Shown here piece by piece: positions 25,178 to 34,800 of a stretch of DNA of 37,672 nucleotides. The position numbers and the translations under genes are program-made. Positions within the stretch are counted from its first letter, which is position 1. Every line of letters begins with the position of its first letter. This DNA is from a virus (taxonomy: Duplodnaviria > Caudoviricetes): positions 1 to 37,672 of IMG/VR virus record IMGVR_UViG_3300025875_000066; one strand, given 5' to 3'. Under the pieces are notes generated by a model that saw only the letters and a program-made list of their open reading frames with translations, did not search any database and was not told the origin of the DNA.

Positions 25178-25473
25178 AAAAAACAGTAGCACAAGTGGAC
25201 GCCGAGCTTCAGAAATTTAAGGCCGAAGCCGGAGACGTAAAAATCTCGAGTGGTACTTGCTGGAATAGCCGACAGCTCGGAGCGATCATAGAGCGATATA
25301 GTCGTTATGGCGAAATGATTAAATGCGAAATTACTGTAGCGTGGAAACCGGGCCAGCGTGGTTATCATTATGCGATCTACCATAAGGCTCTATTGAACCC
25401 GGAGAGTAGAACGAAAGACGAATACGTTATAGCCGGACTGTCAGGCCATGAGGAAGGTTACGTTCGTAAGTAA
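25174..25473 (+). CDS. Hypothetical protein (99 aa)
   Basis: GAGG SD; ATGA coupling. Confidence 0.72.
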   Translation: MKKTVAQVDAELQKFKAEAGDVKISSGTCWNSRQLGAIIERYSRYGEMIKCEITVAWKPGQRGYHYAIYHKALLNPESRTKDEYVIAGLSGHEEGYVRK

Positions 25474-25499
25474 ATCGAACAAAGTGGTATTATAAAAAC

Positions 25500-26087
25500 A
25501 TGAGTACTAACAAGAGACCTGCAAAAAACGTTAAGTCCGTCCCTTACGATAAAATCAGGGGCGAGTTCGTAGCCGATGAGACTACTACTTATTCGTCGCT
25601 GGCCAAAAAGTACAAGGTTTCTAAATCGTCCGTCGCTCGTAAAGCTAAGATAGAAGACTGGAAAAGTTTGAGACAAGTTGCAACGGAAGACAGCCTAGAA
25701 AGTGTAAAACTTGCTAAAGCCGAACAAATCGCTAACGCTAATAAGCGTCATGTAGAGGGTTCTATCGAAGTACAAGAGGCTATTCTGAATGGTATTCGCT
25801 GGATAAATAAGTTCTCCGACACTCAAACCAAGGGCCGAGGAAAGAATAAAAAAGTTATCGAGAACGTACCCGGCCCGGTACTATTTTCTAAAGCCCTTTC
25901 GGAACTCGTGGGCTCATATCGTCGAGCCGCTGATCTTGAAAGAGCCGCTCTCGGTATCGCTACAACTGTCGGCAAGTTCGGAGATGAAGACGGCGAAGAG
26001 CCTGTTATATTCGACATTATGGGAGGGGTAGCTAATGCCAACAGCTCTACAGGAAAAGCCAAGCCAAGCAAGCCAGCCGCCAGTTAG
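25500..26087 (+). CDS. terS: Terminase small subunit
   Basis: N-terminal HTH (TYSSLAKKYKVSKSSV...EDW); precedes TerL; TGGTATTAT 6 nt upstream. Confidence 0.8.
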   Translation: MSTNKRPAKNVKSVPYDKIRGEFVADETTTYSSLAKKYKVSKSSVARKAKIEDWKSLRQVATEDSLESVKLAKAEQIANANKRHVEGSIEVQEAILNGIRWINKFSDTQTKGRGKNKKVIENVPGPVLFSKALSELVGSYRRAADLERAALGIATTVGKFGDEDGEEPVIFDIMGGVANANSSTGKAKPSKPAAS

Positions 26088-27507
26088 CCCCAAACAAGGG
26101 GAATTTATAACGGCCCTCCGATCATTACGTTATCGCTATATGTTATTCGGCGGTGGTACTGGTGGAGGTAAAAGCTGGCTCGGTGCTCAGCTGTTCGTAA
26201 ATCTGGCTCTAACTCAGCCGGGGACGTCTTACGGTGTCTTCCGAAAGAACCAGACTACTCTAAAGCGAACGACGTACAGGACGTTCCAGAAGTACGTTCG
26301 AAAGCATAAGCTCATAGAGGGTAAGCATTTTACCGTAAATAAAGAGAGTGGTATCACTTGGACGTTTAATAACGGCTCTACGATCGACTTCCTCGAGCTC
26401 GATATTACGAAAGACCCAGAGCTGAATAAGCTCGGTGGTCTCGAACTTACGGCCGCTATGATCGACGAGGCCGACGAAGTAGCAGAACAGGCCTTTAATA
26501 CCTTACGCTTCCGTATCGGACGTAATAACTTCAATGGCGAAAAGGCCTTTATTTACCTAACGTGTAACCCGAACCAGACTTGGGTAAAGCGAATGTTCTA
26601 CGACCCGGCTATGAAGGGCGAGCTCGGAGCTCCGTTCTATTTCCTCGAGAGCCTTATTACCGATAACCCCTATCAGTCAGAAGAGGCCTTACAGTCAGCG
26701 GCCGACCCGACCGCTCCGAAGCAATACGTCGAACGTTACTTTAAGGGGAACTGGAATTACGTCCAGAGCGATAACGCTATTATTCAGCTGATCGAATTCG
26801 AGAACGCCTTTATCGAAGTCAAGCCAGCCAGTACCGTCGAGAAGTTTGTAGGCTTCGACCCTACTCGAGAGGGCGACGATATACCAGCCTTGGCTCTATG
26901 GGAAGGAAACGTTCTAACCGACCTCGTAGCTCATGAAGTGCCGGAGGAAGTGAAAACGGACGCCTTCGACTATGGGGCGTATCATGGCCAGTTTATTATC
27001 GACTATTGTACGGCCCGGGGAATACCAGCCCAGAACGTCGCTATCGACGGCGTGGGTAACGGTGGCTCGGTTATTGACTATTGCAACGGAAAGGGCTTTT
27101 TCGTTCGAACGTACAAGTCAGGCTTTACCGACGGCCTCGAGCAGATCATAGACCCGAACACTCCGACGAACAGCAAGGGCGAAGTATCAGGCCAAAAGAA
27201 ATACGATAATATCCGAAGTCAAACCTACTGGAATATGGCCCGGGGCTTCGCTGGCCGGACGATAAGAATACTCGAAACTATTCCTTACCGGGACGAATTA
27301 CAGAAAGATTTATTAGCTCATACCTATACTACGAACGAGAAAATGCTTATAGTAGAGAGCAAGGAAAAAGTCAAGAAATTACTTCATCGTTCCCCGGACT
27401 TTTCCGACGCCGCCGAAATGGGCTACTGGTGTTCGACCCTACCTAAGAAGGGCGGCCAGATCATAAGCGGCCGAAGCTATAGAGACATCTTAAAAGGTAG
27501 GCGTTAG
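26035..27507 (+). CDS. terL: Terminase large subunit
   Basis: Walker A GGGTGGGKS, Walker B AMIDE, TCNP, nuclease GFDP...SPDFSDA. Confidence 0.95.
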   Translation: MPTALQEKPSQASQPPVSPKQGEFITALRSLRYRYMLFGGGTGGGKSWLGAQLFVNLALTQPGTSYGVFRKNQTTLKRTTYRTFQKYVRKHKLIEGKHFTVNKESGITWTFNNGSTIDFLELDITKDPELNKLGGLELTAAMIDEADEVAEQAFNTLRFRIGRNNFNGEKAFIYLTCNPNQTWVKRMFYDPAMKGELGAPFYFLESLITDNPYQSEEALQSAADPTAPKQYVERYFKGNWNYVQSDNAIIQLIEFENAFIEVKPASTVEKFVGFDPTREGDDIPALALWEGNVLTDLVAHEVPEEVKTDAFDYGAYHGQFIIDYCTARGIPAQNVAIDGVGNGGSVIDYCNGKGFFVRTYKSGFTDGLEQIIDPNTPTNSKGEVSGQKKYDNIRSQTYWNMARGFAGRTIRILETIPYRDELQKDLLAHTYTTNEKMLIVESKEKVKKLLHRSPDFSDAAEMGYWCSTLPKKGGQIISGRSYRDILKGRR

Positions 27508-27518
27508 GATAACCGTAA

Positions 27519-27527
27519 TGCTACAAT
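27519..27527 (+). promoter_or_regulatory. Extended -10 promoter TGCTACAAT
   Basis: Intergenic, upstream of the portal gene. Confidence 0.5.
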
Positions 27528-27553
27528 ATTCATAGAAGAAACGAGGCCAAAAA

Positions 27554-29755
27554 ATGATAACCACGAAATTAGACGATAAATTACTAGCTCGACCCTCTCG
27601 TAAGGACTTAGAGAGCGAACTTGGAACAGCTGGTAAGACTGTCGGTTATTTTCGGGACTTCGATACTGACGAACCGCCTTCCATTCTGAAGCTCGAGCGT
27701 ATGCTTCGTAAGGACGGTACTATTCGGGCCTTGTATCAAATTCTAACGCTCCCTATTCTGGCCAATAAATACCGCTTCGTTCCAGACCCAGCCGACGAAA
27801 CGAAAGAGGGCGAAGATACTAAACACCCCCAGCGAGACCTCGTTCGGGATAACTTCGAGCTACCACCTCACAAGGGCGGTTTATCTATTCCGTTCCAGTC
27901 GGTTATTGCTCGTATGCTTCGAGCTCGGCTTACGGCTTATCAGCCTTTCGAGAAAGTTTGGACGAAGAGCCCCGAAGGTTTTATTGTCTATAGGAAGATC
28001 GCTTTTCGCCCGGCCGACGGCGTAGAAATACTGACCGACGAGAACGGCGGCTTCGCTGGTTTCAAACAGAGCGTTAATAAAAATGGCAAATTCGAAGAGG
28101 TAACTATTCCTACCGATAAGGCTTTTCTCTTCACTGTAAACCAAGACGTAGACCCAGTAAAAGGCGAGAGCGACTTCGTTACCGCTTATTACAGCTACGA
28201 TAAAAAACACCGCCTTTATTACCTCTACGAGCGACAGGCTGAGACCGGGGCTATGCCTCCGAAAGTGCTCAAGCCTACCAGTGGAAATAACGACACGAAG
28301 GAAGTAAAAGAAGCCAACCTTCGAGCGATCGAGGACTTCGGACTTAATACGACCGTCCTGTTACCTGACGGCTATACCCTCGATAGTTTCGATATGGGTA
28401 CAGGACGCCTAGACCCTCTTCCGGGTATCGAGCATTATAACGGCGAAATGGCTCGCTCTGTATTGGCCCAACAGATTTTAATGGGTACTGAAGGGAAGAC
28501 TGGGGCGTATGCTCTATCCGACACCCATAACGATATTCTGATTATGAGCCTCGAAAGCACTATGAGAAATATCGAGCAATTCGTAAACTTCTATCTTATT
28601 CCTCAGCTCCACGAGTACAATTTCGATAAGCCGCTTTATTGCGAATTCAAGTTCGAGGATATGACGGACGAGACCCGGGCTATCGTCGTAGACATCTTTA
28701 CGAAGCTGATCGACAAGCTTCCTTCTGGTATTCCGCTCGAGTTCCTCCAAAAGCTTACAGAGCAAATGGCCGAACGCCTTGGTATCGACGTCGAGAACTT
28801 CGAACCTAATAGCCTAGTCCCGGCTAAATCAGACACGCCAGCCAAAACGGACGCCTCGAAGGGCTCAAAAAAAAAAGAATTAGCTAGCGATAAGTGGCGA
28901 CGCCCGGTATATAATTACGAAAGTAAGGTAGACTTCTCGGGTATCGAAGTCAAAATGGACACGCTCGAAAGCGAGTTTGTGGATAACCTTCGCCCGGTGT
29001 TCAATAAAGTAACCGATAACGCTCTCGACGATCTACGAAAGCTTATCGACGGCGACGACATTTCCAAGCTCGATACGTTGGCTATGAAGTTCCCGAACGA
29101 GTATAAGAATATTCTCAAGGCCACTATGACGGACGGCTACAACTTCGCCAAGAAGGGGGCTAGCGAAGAGCTCGAGAGTAAAGTTCCGGCTACTCCAGTA
29201 ACGTCGAAGGACTTCGTAAATCAGACGGCCCAGAGTATTACCGATAAGCAGTTAGAAGACCTCCGCTTTATCATTACCTCGACCGTAACCGCTGAGCTCC
29301 ACAAGGGCCAGCTATCGAACGAGAAAATTAACCTCTCCGTAGACGACGTAGTTACCCAGCTTCAGGAACAATTCGAAGAGTTCTTTACTGGTAAAATCGC
29401 TCTAACTGGTGGCGTTATTGTCGCCGAAGCTATAAACCGAGGCCGAGATGACGTATTTAGCAAGTATAAAAGCAAAATCTCGAACTATACCTATTCGGCT
29501 ATTCTCGATCGTAAGACTTGCGACTTATGCGGCTCGCTCGACGGTACAGTAGTAGACGAGGCTGGCTATAAGTCCACTCGCTTCGTATGCCCTCTCCATT
29601 ATTTGTGTCGCTGTATTTGGGTAGCAATATTAAAAACCGACCCGAATATTCCCGACATTACCGGCTTTCCCGAGGGTATCGACGAACTAATAGAGAAATA
29701 TCAAACGTTCAGTAAAGAAATTGGTAAGGCTTCACAGTTGCACTACCATAAGTAG
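27554..29755 (+). CDS. Portal protein (Mu gp29/DUF935-like) fused to a MuF head-morphogenesis domain (733 aa)
   Basis: Portal: FEKVW...EMARSVLAQ...GAYALSDTH; MuF: YSAILDRKTCDLCGSLDG...PLHYLCRC. Confidence 0.88.
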   Translation: MITTKLDDKLLARPSRKDLESELGTAGKTVGYFRDFDTDEPPSILKLERMLRKDGTIRALYQILTLPILANKYRFVPDPADETKEGEDTKHPQRDLVRDNFELPPHKGGLSIPFQSVIARMLRARLTAYQPFEKVWTKSPEGFIVYRKIAFRPADGVEILTDENGGFAGFKQSVNKNGKFEEVTIPTDKAFLFTVNQDVDPVKGESDFVTAYYSYDKKHRLYYLYERQAETGAMPPKVLKPTSGNNDTKEVKEANLRAIEDFGLNTTVLLPDGYTLDSFDMGTGRLDPLPGIEHYNGEMARSVLAQQILMGTEGKTGAYALSDTHNDILIMSLESTMRNIEQFVNFYLIPQLHEYNFDKPLYCEFKFEDMTDETRAIVVDIFTKLIDKLPSGIPLEFLQKLTEQMAERLGIDVENFEPNSLVPAKSDTPAKTDASKGSKKKELASDKWRRPVYNYESKVDFSGIEVKMDTLESEFVDNLRPVFNKVTDNALDDLRKLIDGDDISKLDTLAMKFPNEYKNILKATMTDGYNFAKKGASEELESKVPATPVTSKDFVNQTAQSITDKQLEDLRFIITSTVTAELHKGQLSNEKINLSVDDVVTQLQEQFEEFFTGKIALTGGVIVAEAINRGRDDVFSKYKSKISNYTYSAILDRKTCDLCGSLDGTVVDEAGYKSTRFVCPLHYLCRCIWVAILKTDPNIPDITGFPEGIDELIEKYQTFSKEIGKASQLHYHK

Positions 29756-29772
29756 AAAGGTATATTTAGAAT

Positions 29773-31116
29773 ATGAAAGACGACCAACAAGTAAACAGCC
29801 TGAGTATGGGAAAGCGAGACTTCGCTAAAGTTGAAGGTGCTAAAGGTACGCTCTATAAAAAGCAAATTATCAAATTCGGTAATTATGTAGACCCTTGGTT
29901 TCCTGAATGGCCTATGACACTCGATAGCGAGTGGGGCGATATGATTAAGGATAACTTCGATAAGAAAGTCGTCGGCCGAGTAGCAGTCCCAGCGTCTCAT
30001 ACTGACGACCCAGAAAAGAACCGAGGCGAGCTCTTGGCTGTTGAAAACGACGGCGAAGGCTTAAACGGTACGCTCGATATTCGAGACCCCCAAACCGTTC
30101 AAGACATCGAGAACGATCTTATTTGGGACGATAGTATTAGCTTTACGAACAACTATATCGACGAGAAGGGCTTAGGACATGGCCCGGTTCTGTTCCATGT
30201 AGCACTCGTAAACAACCCATACATTACAGGTATGTCGGGCTTCCAAGCCCTCTCTAAAGCGGCGTCTCATATTCGCCATGCCTTTAGCCAAAAACATACT
30301 GGTAGTGCTATAGTATTAAGCAAGCAAGTAAAGGAGTTAAGTAGCATGAAACCAATCAAGAACGAAAAAGAATTTCCAGTAAAAGTAAATTATCAAGACG
30401 CCGAAGGTAAGGACGTCGAGGCTACGATCGAGCCCGGCCAAGAGCTCGAAGTTCCCGAAGCCGTAGCTGAAGGCGTTTCTCAGCAAGTCGCCGCCGCTGA
30501 AGCTCCAGCTCCAGAAGAGACGGCCGACGAAAAAGCCGTTCGTGAGCAAAAAGAACAGGAAGACGCTAACGTAGCCGCTGGCAAAAACCCAGACGGAACA
30601 GAAAAAACTCCTGAAGGTGGCGACGCTACCGCTGTCAATAACGACACTCCTCCAGCTGGCGACACTACTACCACTCCTAACCCTGATAGTGCTACTAACG
30701 ACGGTACTCCAGCCCCTCAGCTATCAAAAGCTGAACGTGAAGAGCTCGAAACTCTCCGTACTGAAAAAGCCGAGACAATGTTTAGTAAATTGCTCGACGA
30801 AGGTAAGGTTGTTCCAGCTCAAAAAGAAGCCATTATTTCTATGGCTAAGACAGCCGGGCCGGAAGCTGTCGCTACTATGTTCTCGAAAGCAGTTAAGGTT
30901 ATTGACTTTAGCGAGCATGGAAGTCAGAATAATGACAAGGGTAGTTCTCAGGGAGACGCTTCGGCTGAGACCGACCTCTCGAAGAACGTCAAACAGTGGG
31001 CTGATCTTTCGCAAGCTGAACGAGAAACTAACCAAAAACTCGGCGTCAGTGAGCAAATGTATAACGAGACTGCTCTGGCAAATCCAGCATATTACCAGAA
31101 ACCCGTTGCAAGTTAA
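29773..31116 (+). CDS. Mu-like prohead protease/scaffold (gpI/gpZ type)
   Basis: H...G.L...SISF...LFHVALVNNPYITGM; C-terminal GKVVPAQKE. Confidence 0.85.
   Translation: MKDDQQVNSLSMGKRDFAKVEGAKGTLYKKQIIKFGNYVDPWFPEWPMTLDSEWGDMIKDNFDKKVVGRVAVPASHTDDPEKNRGELLAVENDGEGLNGTLDIRDPQTVQDIENDLIWDDSISFTNNYIDEKGLGHGPVLFHVALVNNPYITGMSGFQALSKAASHIRHAFSQKHTGSAIVLSKQVKELSSMKPIKNEKEFPVKVNYQDAEGKDVEATIEPGQELEVPEAVAEGVSQQVAAAEAPAPEETADEKAVREQKEQEDANVAAGKNPDGTEKTPEGGDATAVNNDTPPAGDTTTTPNPDSATNDGTPAPQLSKAEREELETLRTEKAETMFSKLLDEGKVVPAQKEAIISMAKTAGPEAVATMFSKAVKVIDFSEHGSQNNDKGSSQGDASAETDLSKNVKQWADLSQAERETNQKLGVSEQMYNETALANPAYYQKPVAS
30346..31116 (+). CDS. Nested in-frame scaffold protein (256 aa)
   Basis: AAGGAG at 30331 before the in-frame ATG; parallels Mu gpZ. 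Confidence 0.65.
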   Translation: MKPIKNEKEFPVKVNYQDAEGKDVEATIEPGQELEVPEAVAEGVSQQVAAAEAPAPEETADEKAVREQKEQEDANVAAGKNPDGTEKTPEGGDATAVNNDTPPAGDTTTTPNPDSATNDGTPAPQLSKAEREELETLRTEKAETMFSKLLDEGKVVPAQKEAIISMAKTAGPEAVATMFSKAVKVIDFSEHGSQNNDKGSSQGDASAETDLSKNVKQWADLSQAERETNQKLGVSEQMYNETALANPAYYQKPVAS

Positions 31117-31148
31117 TTAAAATAATAAGAAGGAAACAGGTATAGATC

Positions 31149-31568
31149 ATGGCAACTCAAACCGCTGACCGTGAACCAAATCGCCAAGAAGGTCTTCAGT
31201 TAGCCCTAAAAGCTAACAATGTGAAGTTCTATCGTGGTGCTCTAGCTATGTTCGACGCTACGAGTGGCCTCGTAGTAAAAGCCGCTGATACAGCTGGCGG
31301 CGTTCTAGCTGGTGTAGTAACTGGCCAAAAAGACCTCTCTGGCGAAGCCGCTGGTGCTGGTCGTGTAGAGCTTTACCGTAAAGGAGTTTTCGAATTCACT
31401 TACGGCCCTGGTGGGGCTACCGACGCTATCGTAGGTGATAGCGTAGTCGTCGCTGACGACCAAACTGTAACAACTGCTGGTGTAGCTACGAACGATGTTG
31501 TCGTAGGCCAGATCGTCGAAGTTGTTTCAGCCACTAAAGTTAGAGTAGAAATCAAGACAGGAGCTTAA
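31149..31568 (+). CDS. Capsid decoration/cement protein (139 aa)
   Basis: Between scaffold and capsid; VELYRKGVFEF...GDSV...DDQTV. Confidence 0.72.
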   Translation: MATQTADREPNRQEGLQLALKANNVKFYRGALAMFDATSGLVVKAADTAGGVLAGVVTGQKDLSGEAAGAGRVELYRKGVFEFTYGPGGATDAIVGDSVVVADDQTVTTAGVATNDVVVGQIVEVVSATKVRVEIKTGA

Positions 31569-31572
31569 TAAG

Positions 31573-32472
31573 ATGAACCCAAATACACTTCGTGAAGGTT
31601 TCCAAACAATCTTCTTAAAGGCTTATAACGCCGCTACTCCTGTTTGGCCTCGTATCGCTACTCCTACCACTTCTACCGGGTCTTCTGAAGACTACGGTTG
31701 GTTGGGTAACGTTCCGGGTATGCGTGAAATGAACGGCGAGCGTATGCCGAAAGGTCTTAGCTCGTACGACTACACTATTAAGAATAAAGAGTTCGAAGGT
31801 ACTGTTGAAGTCCGTCAGACCGACATCGACGACAACAAGATCGCCACTAAGGACGCTCTCGTAGCGGCTCTCGGTGCTCGTGCTCGTCTGTTCCCAGATA
31901 GTCTAGTGTTCGGCTTGATCGAAAGTAACGGTATCTGTTACGACGGCCAGAATTTCTTCGATACTGACCACTCCGAAGGTCTTTCGGGTACTCAGTCTAA
32001 CGACTTGAGTGGCTCGGACATCGGCTCAGCTACAACGCTAACAGAAGAGGTTTACTCTACTGCTAAACAGCGTTTGGCTAGCTTCTTGGACGACCAAGGC
32101 GAGGTTATGTACCCAGAATTAGGCAAGCCGTTAATGCTTGTACCGTTGGCCCTTGAAACCGCCGCTAAGAAACTCTTCCGCTCTACCGTTGGTGGTGGCG
32201 ACGAGAATATCTTCGCTGACGACGCCGACGTTCTGGCTTCTAGCCGTCTTACCAACGCTAAAAGGTTCTACCTCCTAAATGTTACTCAGGGTCTACTTCC
32301 GTTCATTTACCAAGAACGCCAGTTTATCCCTATGGAATATGACGGTGGAGACGCTTCACAGGAAGGTAGCCACGAGCGATTTATGCGACGTCGCCTCCTG
32401 TTCGGCCCTTACCTTCGTGCAAACGCTGGTTACGGCGACTGGCGAACAGCCGTTCGTGTAACGCTCAGCTAG
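31573..32472 (+). CDS. Major capsid protein, Mu gpT-like
   Basis: YGWLG.VPGMRE...YTIKNKEFEGTV...CYDGQNFFDTDH...AGYGDW. Confidence 0.92.
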   Translation: MNPNTLREGFQTIFLKAYNAATPVWPRIATPTTSTGSSEDYGWLGNVPGMREMNGERMPKGLSSYDYTIKNKEFEGTVEVRQTDIDDNKIATKDALVAALGARARLFPDSLVFGLIESNGICYDGQNFFDTDHSEGLSGTQSNDLSGSDIGSATTLTEEVYSTAKQRLASFLDDQGEVMYPELGKPLMLVPLALETAAKKLFRSTVGGGDENIFADDADVLASSRLTNAKRFYLLNVTQGLLPFIYQERQFIPMEYDGGDASQEGSHERFMRRRLLFGPYLRANAGYGDWRTAVRVTLS

Positions 32473-32490
32473 TCCTCTAGTTGGTAGTAA

Positions 32491-32517
32491 GGGAGCTCTT
32501 CGCACCTGAGAGCTCCC
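32491..32517 (+). other. Stem-loop after the capsid gene (stabiliser/attenuator)
   Basis: GGGAGCTCT...AGAGCTCCC; no U-tract. Confidence 0.6.
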
Positions 32518-32557
32518 GAAAGTGCCAAATAGCACGTTAAGGAAGGAGACCATAGTT

Positions 32558-33085
32558 ATGTCTAAACAACAGTATGAAGTAAAATTACTCGGACACGCCG
32601 GGGAACGTCGCCGTCGTGCTGGCCTCGAGTTTGATCGTGGAGTAGCTACAACCGTAGAGCTCGACGCTGAACAGCTCGAAGCTATCAAAAGCGATAGTTT
32701 CTTTTCAGTAAAGCCAGTAGGCGAAGCTGAAGATAATAGTCAAGGTGGCGGCGAGCCTTCTTTAATGGAGCAAAAACGCCCTGTTCTCGATAAAATGGCT
32801 GTAGACTTGGGCCTAGACCCTAAAGACTACAAAAATAAAGAAACTCTTGTTCCAGCGATCGAGGAAGCTCAGGCCGCTAAGTCTAAAGCTGACGAAAAAA
32901 GCGAAGGCAACGACGACGAACACCACGAAGAGGACGTTAAGCTTACCGAGCTTTCCGTCGAAGAATTAACTGTTATTGCTACCGAGCTAGGAATTAACGC
33001 CGAAGAGCTCAAGGGCGAAGACGACGATACTACTAAGCTCCAACTTATCGAAGCTATCGAAGCCAAGAATAACACCGAGGAATAG
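32558..33085 (+). CDS. Mu gp35/HI1506-like protein with helical repeat domains (start revised to ATG 32558)
   Basis: RRRAGLEF...EQLEAIKSD; AAGGAG SD. Confidence 0.7.
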   Translation: MSKQQYEVKLLGHAGERRRRAGLEFDRGVATTVELDAEQLEAIKSDSFFSVKPVGEAEDNSQGGGEPSLMEQKRPVLDKMAVDLGLDPKDYKNKETLVPAIEEAQAAKSKADEKSEGNDDEHHEEDVKLTELSVEELTVIATELGINAEELKGEDDDTTKLQLIEAIEAKNNTEE

Positions 33086-33090
33086 TCTTA

Positions 33091-33777
33091 ATGAGTTACC
33101 TCACTCGCCAATCTGTCCGAGAGGAAGCAGGGTTTCAGGAAGTAGATACTGAAGCCCTTGCTGGCGTTGTAGACGGTAATAACGCTAGTTTCGCTGTCGG
33201 TCGTACTCCGATCGTAGACAACACGAACGACGACGTTTTAGGTATTGCCGACGTTATCGTTCGTGTTAATGGCGTACCAGTCCCGGTATCAAGCGTAGAC
33301 GGCCCTTCGGGTCTCATTGTTTTAGCCTCAGCCCCGGCCGCTCCCAGCGAAGGAGAGAGCGTCGAGGTTACGGCTCAATATGCGAGTTCGCCGCTTCCTG
33401 ATACCTATATAGACGATCTTATTACGGAAGCCGAAGCGATCGTAAACGCTGGCCTGAAGAAATTCGGTAGCGTTCCTCTCAGCCCGGAAGACCCCAACTA
33501 TCCTACGGCCCGGCGAATTGCCAAGCTCTACGCTGGTGGCTTCGCTCTTATTCGTGATTATGGTAAGAATACCGACACCGAGGAAACCTCTAAAGACGGC
33601 TACGAAAAGCTTCGTACGGCCAAGTCGTTACTCGAGCAACTTATCGGAACAGTTAAAGAAAATGGCGGCGGCTCAGCCAGTGGCGGTTCGGCTCTGGTAG
33701 TTAGCGAAGGACACGTTTTCCGACGCCACCACCGAGACCCAAGCTCTCATAACTTCTTTATGCGTAAGGAATACTAG
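33091..33777 (+). CDS. Head-tail adaptor with inserted beta domain (228 aa)
   Basis: MSYLT...I..AEAIVNAGL...VPL; insert GVVDGNNASF...LASAPA. Confidence 0.7.
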   Translation: MSYLTRQSVREEAGFQEVDTEALAGVVDGNNASFAVGRTPIVDNTNDDVLGIADVIVRVNGVPVPVSSVDGPSGLIVLASAPAAPSEGESVEVTAQYASSPLPDTYIDDLITEAEAIVNAGLKKFGSVPLSPEDPNYPTARRIAKLYAGGFALIRDYGKNTDTEETSKDGYEKLRTAKSLLEQLIGTVKENGGGSASGGSALVVSEGHVFRRHHRDPSSHNFFMRKEY

Positions 33778-33778
33778 T

Positions 33779-34207
33779 ATGGCGTTCCGGCTTCAAATGG
33801 GCCTCGAGGGAGAAACCCAGATAGATCGTATTCTCGGTATCACTGTCGAGGGTGTTACTGATTTTAGAGAGCCGCTCGAAGAGAGTAAGGGTATTATCCT
33901 CGACCGAGTACAACAGAACTTCGATAAAAGGGGAGCACTATTCGGCGGCTGGCCAGCTCGTAAGAAAAACGTTCCTTGGCCGTTGCTCGAACAGACCGGG
34001 AAAATGAGGCGTAGTTTCGACGGAGTAGTTACTTCTACCCAGTTAAAAGTTGAAAACAAGGACGATAAATTTAAGTACCACCAAAGTAATAAGCCGAGAA
34101 CTAAGCTCCCTCGGCGTGTTATGCTTACTATAGACGCTCCGACCGCTGTTCTAATCACGAAAGCGTTTCAGCTATACCTCGTAAACTTACTGAGAGGAAG
34201 ACGATAA
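33779..34207 (+). CDS. Virion morphogenesis/neck protein (Mu gpG-like)
   Basis: NFD..G...W...LEQTGKMRRS...YHQ...LPRR. Confidence 0.82.
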   Translation: MAFRLQMGLEGETQIDRILGITVEGVTDFREPLEESKGIILDRVQQNFDKRGALFGGWPARKKNVPWPLLEQTGKMRRSFDGVVTSTQLKVENKDDKFKYHQSNKPRTKLPRRVMLTIDAPTAVLITKAFQLYLVNLLRGRR

Positions 34208-34743
34208 TGGCTAGCCCAAAACCATATAGAGACCCGATTATAACCAAGCTTATTTCTGTATTCGAAGAGCTCGGCCCTAAAGAGCTAAAGGGTAAATATT
34301 ATTACGGTAGCCTTTTCGCACTCCCTCAAAACCAGAACGTTCTTCCGGCCGTATTTATCCACGAGCGACGAGATCAGGGTTCGGCCGAAGGAATTAACCG
34401 GGACAAGAGCCGGAAGACTTATCAGGTAAATGTTTCGGTAGAAATGAAAAAAGACTGGCTTCGTAGTACCAAAGTCGTCGAGGCCCATATGGAACTTCAG
34501 CGTTATTTATGCGGTATGGACGAGAATTACGACTGGCTACCCGATAGCTTTATGAGCATTATTCGAGCTCATCAGGTGCTCGACGGAGAGAAGAAACTGT
34601 ATATTGACCTCGACACTATTACGGACGCTACCGTTCTTCCGGGCGTCGAAGCTCGTGGTACAGGTATATTTACTTACGAGGGAATGATACAATTTCAAGT
34701 AAGACATAACCAAGTTCGGCCGTCGAAACCCCCAGTAGCATAA
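34207..34743 (+). CDS. Putative tail terminator/completion protein
   Basis: Position; LPAVFI motif. Confidence 0.55.
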   Translation: MASPKPYRDPIITKLISVFEELGPKELKGKYYYGSLFALPQNQNVLPAVFIHERRDQGSAEGINRDKSRKTYQVNVSVEMKKDWLRSTKVVEAHMELQRYLCGMDENYDWLPDSFMSIIRAHQVLDGEKKLYIDLDTITDATVLPGVEARGTGIFTYEGMIQFQVRHNQVRPSKPPVA

Positions 34744-34800
34744 GTAGATTGTATTTAGCAAGTGATAAAGGCTATAATTTAAACAAGAGGAGAAAATATC

